NCBI RefSeq assembly: GCF_000143415.4
Contig: NW_003314274.1
Span: forward strand, 2,028,623 to 2,092,622
Origin: Selaginella moellendorffii
Lineage: Eukaryota; Plantae; Lycopodiophyta
Length of the DNA: 64,000 nucleotides
Reading direction: 5' to 3'
In this document: positions 61,108 through 64,000 of the stretch, in pieces
Position numbering within the stretch: position 1 is the stretch's first letter
Layout: the number at the start of each line of letters is the position of its first letter
Position numbers and translations under genes: made by a program
Notes under the pieces: generated by a model
What the model was told of the DNA's origin: nothing
Databases searched by the model: none
Seen by the model: the letters and a program-made list of their open reading frames with translations, nothing else

Positions 61108-64000
61108 CTATTTAACCAGCTTTGCCAATCGCTCATCCATGCTCGAGAGTTGGCCCATGAGACTGTCAATAACGCTGTTTGTTTCGTCTTGTCGTGGTTT
61201 CTCTCGTTCGTCCGGGTTGGTCTCCCGAGGAAATGGCGTCTCGTCCTAGAAAACAAAAATTATTACAAGGAAAGAACATCGAGTAGAGTTTTCTCCTCAA
61301 TCTTTGACATACCTCGCACATTTTAAAAAAGAAGGAGCCGTGCTCGCTGGCTGCGAGAGCTTGGGAATCGTCATACTCTCGAATGAGAAACCTGTCGGAT
61401 TTTCTTCGAGTGTCAGCTGATAAGCTCTGAGAAAAAATGGAAGCAAACCTTATGTCTCCACAGTTAACACCATGCCTCCGCTTGATATACTCTTCCATCG
61501 TGGACCAGGTGGACCGGACGAACTTGTCAAACTTGCCTCCCCACTGAAGCTCGCTCATACCGTGAACTGTGCGTATGACATCAGCTAGAAAATAGGCACA
61601 ACAAACTCAGTTCAGCGCTCGGAAAGGCGAAGTTTTCTTTCCATTACCCATGAGTGTTTGTGCAAACTCATCTTGGTGGCTCTGAGAATGCGAATAGTGG
61701 CCGATGCAATAGAGTTTGTAGCCTTGCCAGAAATCCCGAGGTCTGCCAAAAGAAAAAATTCAAAAGAATGGGACGCGAGCTTTGAAAACGCCACAAACCT
61801 GAAGTTTACGTCATCCAAAACTTCCAGCAATTTCTTAAGGGAGACATCGTCTTCATCAAAAAGCTGTAATGCCTATCTTCGTTAGAGTATTGCACACATG
61901 TTGTAACTTACTGAGTCAAGCTCAAAACTGATGCTTGGAGGGGGATTTAAAACTGCTAGACCAGCGGTGCTATCAATGCTGTCCTTAGAGCCATCGCTGG
62001 AACAGCCTGCTTCTGAACACCCAAGCAAGGCCTTTTTCATGTCCTCGGAGCTCCTAAACGTATTCGGATTTCTGTAAACGAAAGATTCCTGAGTAATAAA
62101 ATCAAATGTAAACGTATACCTTCGAAGGGGCTCAAGGAGCTCTTCCCACAGAGAATTTCTTTGTAAGTTGGATGCACTTCCAATTATGAGAAGATGATGT
62201 CTAGCTCGAGTAAGAGCAACATTTAGTCTCTGCTTGGATGCCAGAAATCCCAAACCAGCCGTCCGGCAACAAGATCTGTCACAGCTAGATAAAAACAAGT
62301 TTCCGCGAAGTTAAACTTACAGGATGATCACGTCTTTCTCTAGGCCTTGAAATGCGTCAACTGTTGACACTTTAACATTTTCCACTTCACTATGAGCGGT
62401 TTCTTTCTTCCTTCCAAAACCAACACACGCATCTTTGGGGTACAGCATTTGACGTATCAAACTTTCCTGCAGAAGATAAATGAGTAAATTAAACTGGAAA
62501 ACATGCTAACAACCTGTGATTTGTACAGAGCGATCACTCCAATTTGCGACCCCGAAATCATCTTCGAAATTAGAAGTTTGACAAAGGAACACACCGTCTC
62601 TGCTTCATAAGGATTTGAATAGCTTCCTGTCAAGAAATCCTTCTTTTCTTTTCCTTCCTTGCATGTGTCGCAGAACACCAAAGGTGGTATACTAAGAAGC
62701 AAAGCCGATCGCTCCATCTCACTAAAACCACAACACACGAGCACTTAAAACATTGATACAAAGGTCATACATGAAGTACCTGCACCCGTCGACAAGTCGT
62801 CCTTCGTAAAACAAACGATTGGGGACTCTTGATAATCTGCTGCCATTATTTAGTCGATTGAAAACTTGAAGTGAATATTATCAACCTTGGATGACAACGA
62901 TACTGCGTCTGAAGGGGTACAGGACGGTGTCCAAGAGCCGCTAACCTTTCAAAGAGAGTCCTAGAGAAAACAAACAGGAAACTTCCACAATAGCAAAAAG
63001 AAGGATAAAAATGACACCTTGAAAGATCTGCAGACTTCGCAAAACTGTTTGTTTCAGTTGGTGAAAGAACTGGAGGAAGTTGCTGTGGATCACCGACAGC
63101 GACAAGTCTTAAGTGTAAAGAATACCGTCAGTCTTAAGTGTAAAGAATATAGTCGACGAAATACCTTTCACATCGAAATTGGGATATAGGCAACAAACTC
63201 AATGGCTCCACTATTTGCGAACATTCATCCAGAAAACATATCTTGAAAGATTTTTCAAAATTCAATAACGAGAACAGAAAGAATAAGACTCAGTACCTTG
63301 AACGTATTGCCATGCAAAACCTCATTGATTGTAGAACAGCAGGTGACCCCAACAGCGCGTACTTTTTGTAACCTCGTCTTGCGGTGCTTTAGTTTTCCAT
63401 CTTTTATTGCTTTCAGTTCGTTTTCAATCCTCTGCAAGGTACGAAGTTAGAACTTGCATTCGGTACGACGAGGATTACCATACCGCTCTCTCCTTTCCAA
63501 CCGCATCTTTCAACAGCTCTTTTAAGTCTTTTTCGGCATCATCTTCCTCCTTGCAGTTTTTTGAGGTTGCGTGCACAGAATAGCTACACAAACTGTTAGG
63601 CAAAAATAAAATCGTAACAGTGTTCTTACGGAAGAATATTGCTAGCAATTTTGCCAAGAGAACCCACGCGTAGAAAGTCATCAAATCCATGCTCTAAGAG
63701 CCCTGTTAACACCCTGAAATCTTATAGTCAGGCCTGTACCCAACTATCTCTAAAACTACCTGTCAACGGCGCTATTAGTTGCACTTGCAATGATAAACCT
63801 GGTAGAGAGGTCATTTTGTTTCTGTATTGATAATGTTAGGCAGTGTAGAAAACTTGAATACTAAAGTAGTTTACGTTCAAAATCTCTGAAAGAAAAATAA
63901 CCAACGCCACTAGAAGGTGACCTGGAATGAGACTTGTCAAATCTCAAAACTACAGAGAGACGGTAAGCTTACTTTTCCCCGATCCAAATGGTCCATGTAC
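61108..64000 (-). CDS. Upf1-like SF1 helicase (ZGRF1/DNA2-NAM7-like), 3' part; continues beyond the window
   Basis: FLRVGSL.KIA..ILPYS, VGVTC.S, LDECSQIVEP.SLLP, VGDPQQLPP, QYRCHP, SQIGVI..YKSQ, STVDAFQG.EKDVIILSC.RT and RLNVALTRARHHLLIIG. Assignment of the downstream exons ending ...ERLAKLVK* at 61108 to this gene is inferred. Confidence 0.85.

Overview
Eukaryotic, land-plant genomic DNA. The very high gene density, introns of mostly 50-75 nt, PLS-type PPR gene and telo-boxes suggest a compact lycophyte genome such as Selaginella (inference). Left arm (1-28 kb), gene dense: prefoldin-3 (3' part), F-box/kelch, PLS-PPR, O-fucosyltransferase-family, SANT/Myb-like, a GIY-YIG-like plastid protein, Exo70, a Crinkler-like NTPase/REase pseudogene, a fibrillin-like protein, UAP56, IQD and RBOH. 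Middle (28.4-55.6 kb), accessory and decayed: TKI1 and acyl-CoA dehydrogenase pseudogene fragments, AT-rich transposon remnants including a chromodomain Ty3/gypsy, a degenerate DEAD-box-like gene with a 4x ~320-bp internal repeat, and a TBC pseudogene. Right arm (55.8-64 kb): TKI1, ATP10, proteasome alpha-5 and a ZGRF1-like SF1 helicase (3' part). The most notable signal is not in the ORF track: two families of miniature non-coding LTR retroelements whose LTRs carry captured RNA polymerase III genes. One is a Cassandra-like TRIM with a 5S rRNA internal-promoter segment (three insertions, one with a perfect 5-bp TSD). The other is a ~240-bp element whose 120-bp LTR contains a 72-nt tRNA(Ala)-like cloverleaf, followed by a PBS, a ~50-bp interior and a PPT set in a hairpin. 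All calls were made by eye, with no database searches; exon boundaries and remnant limits are approximate.
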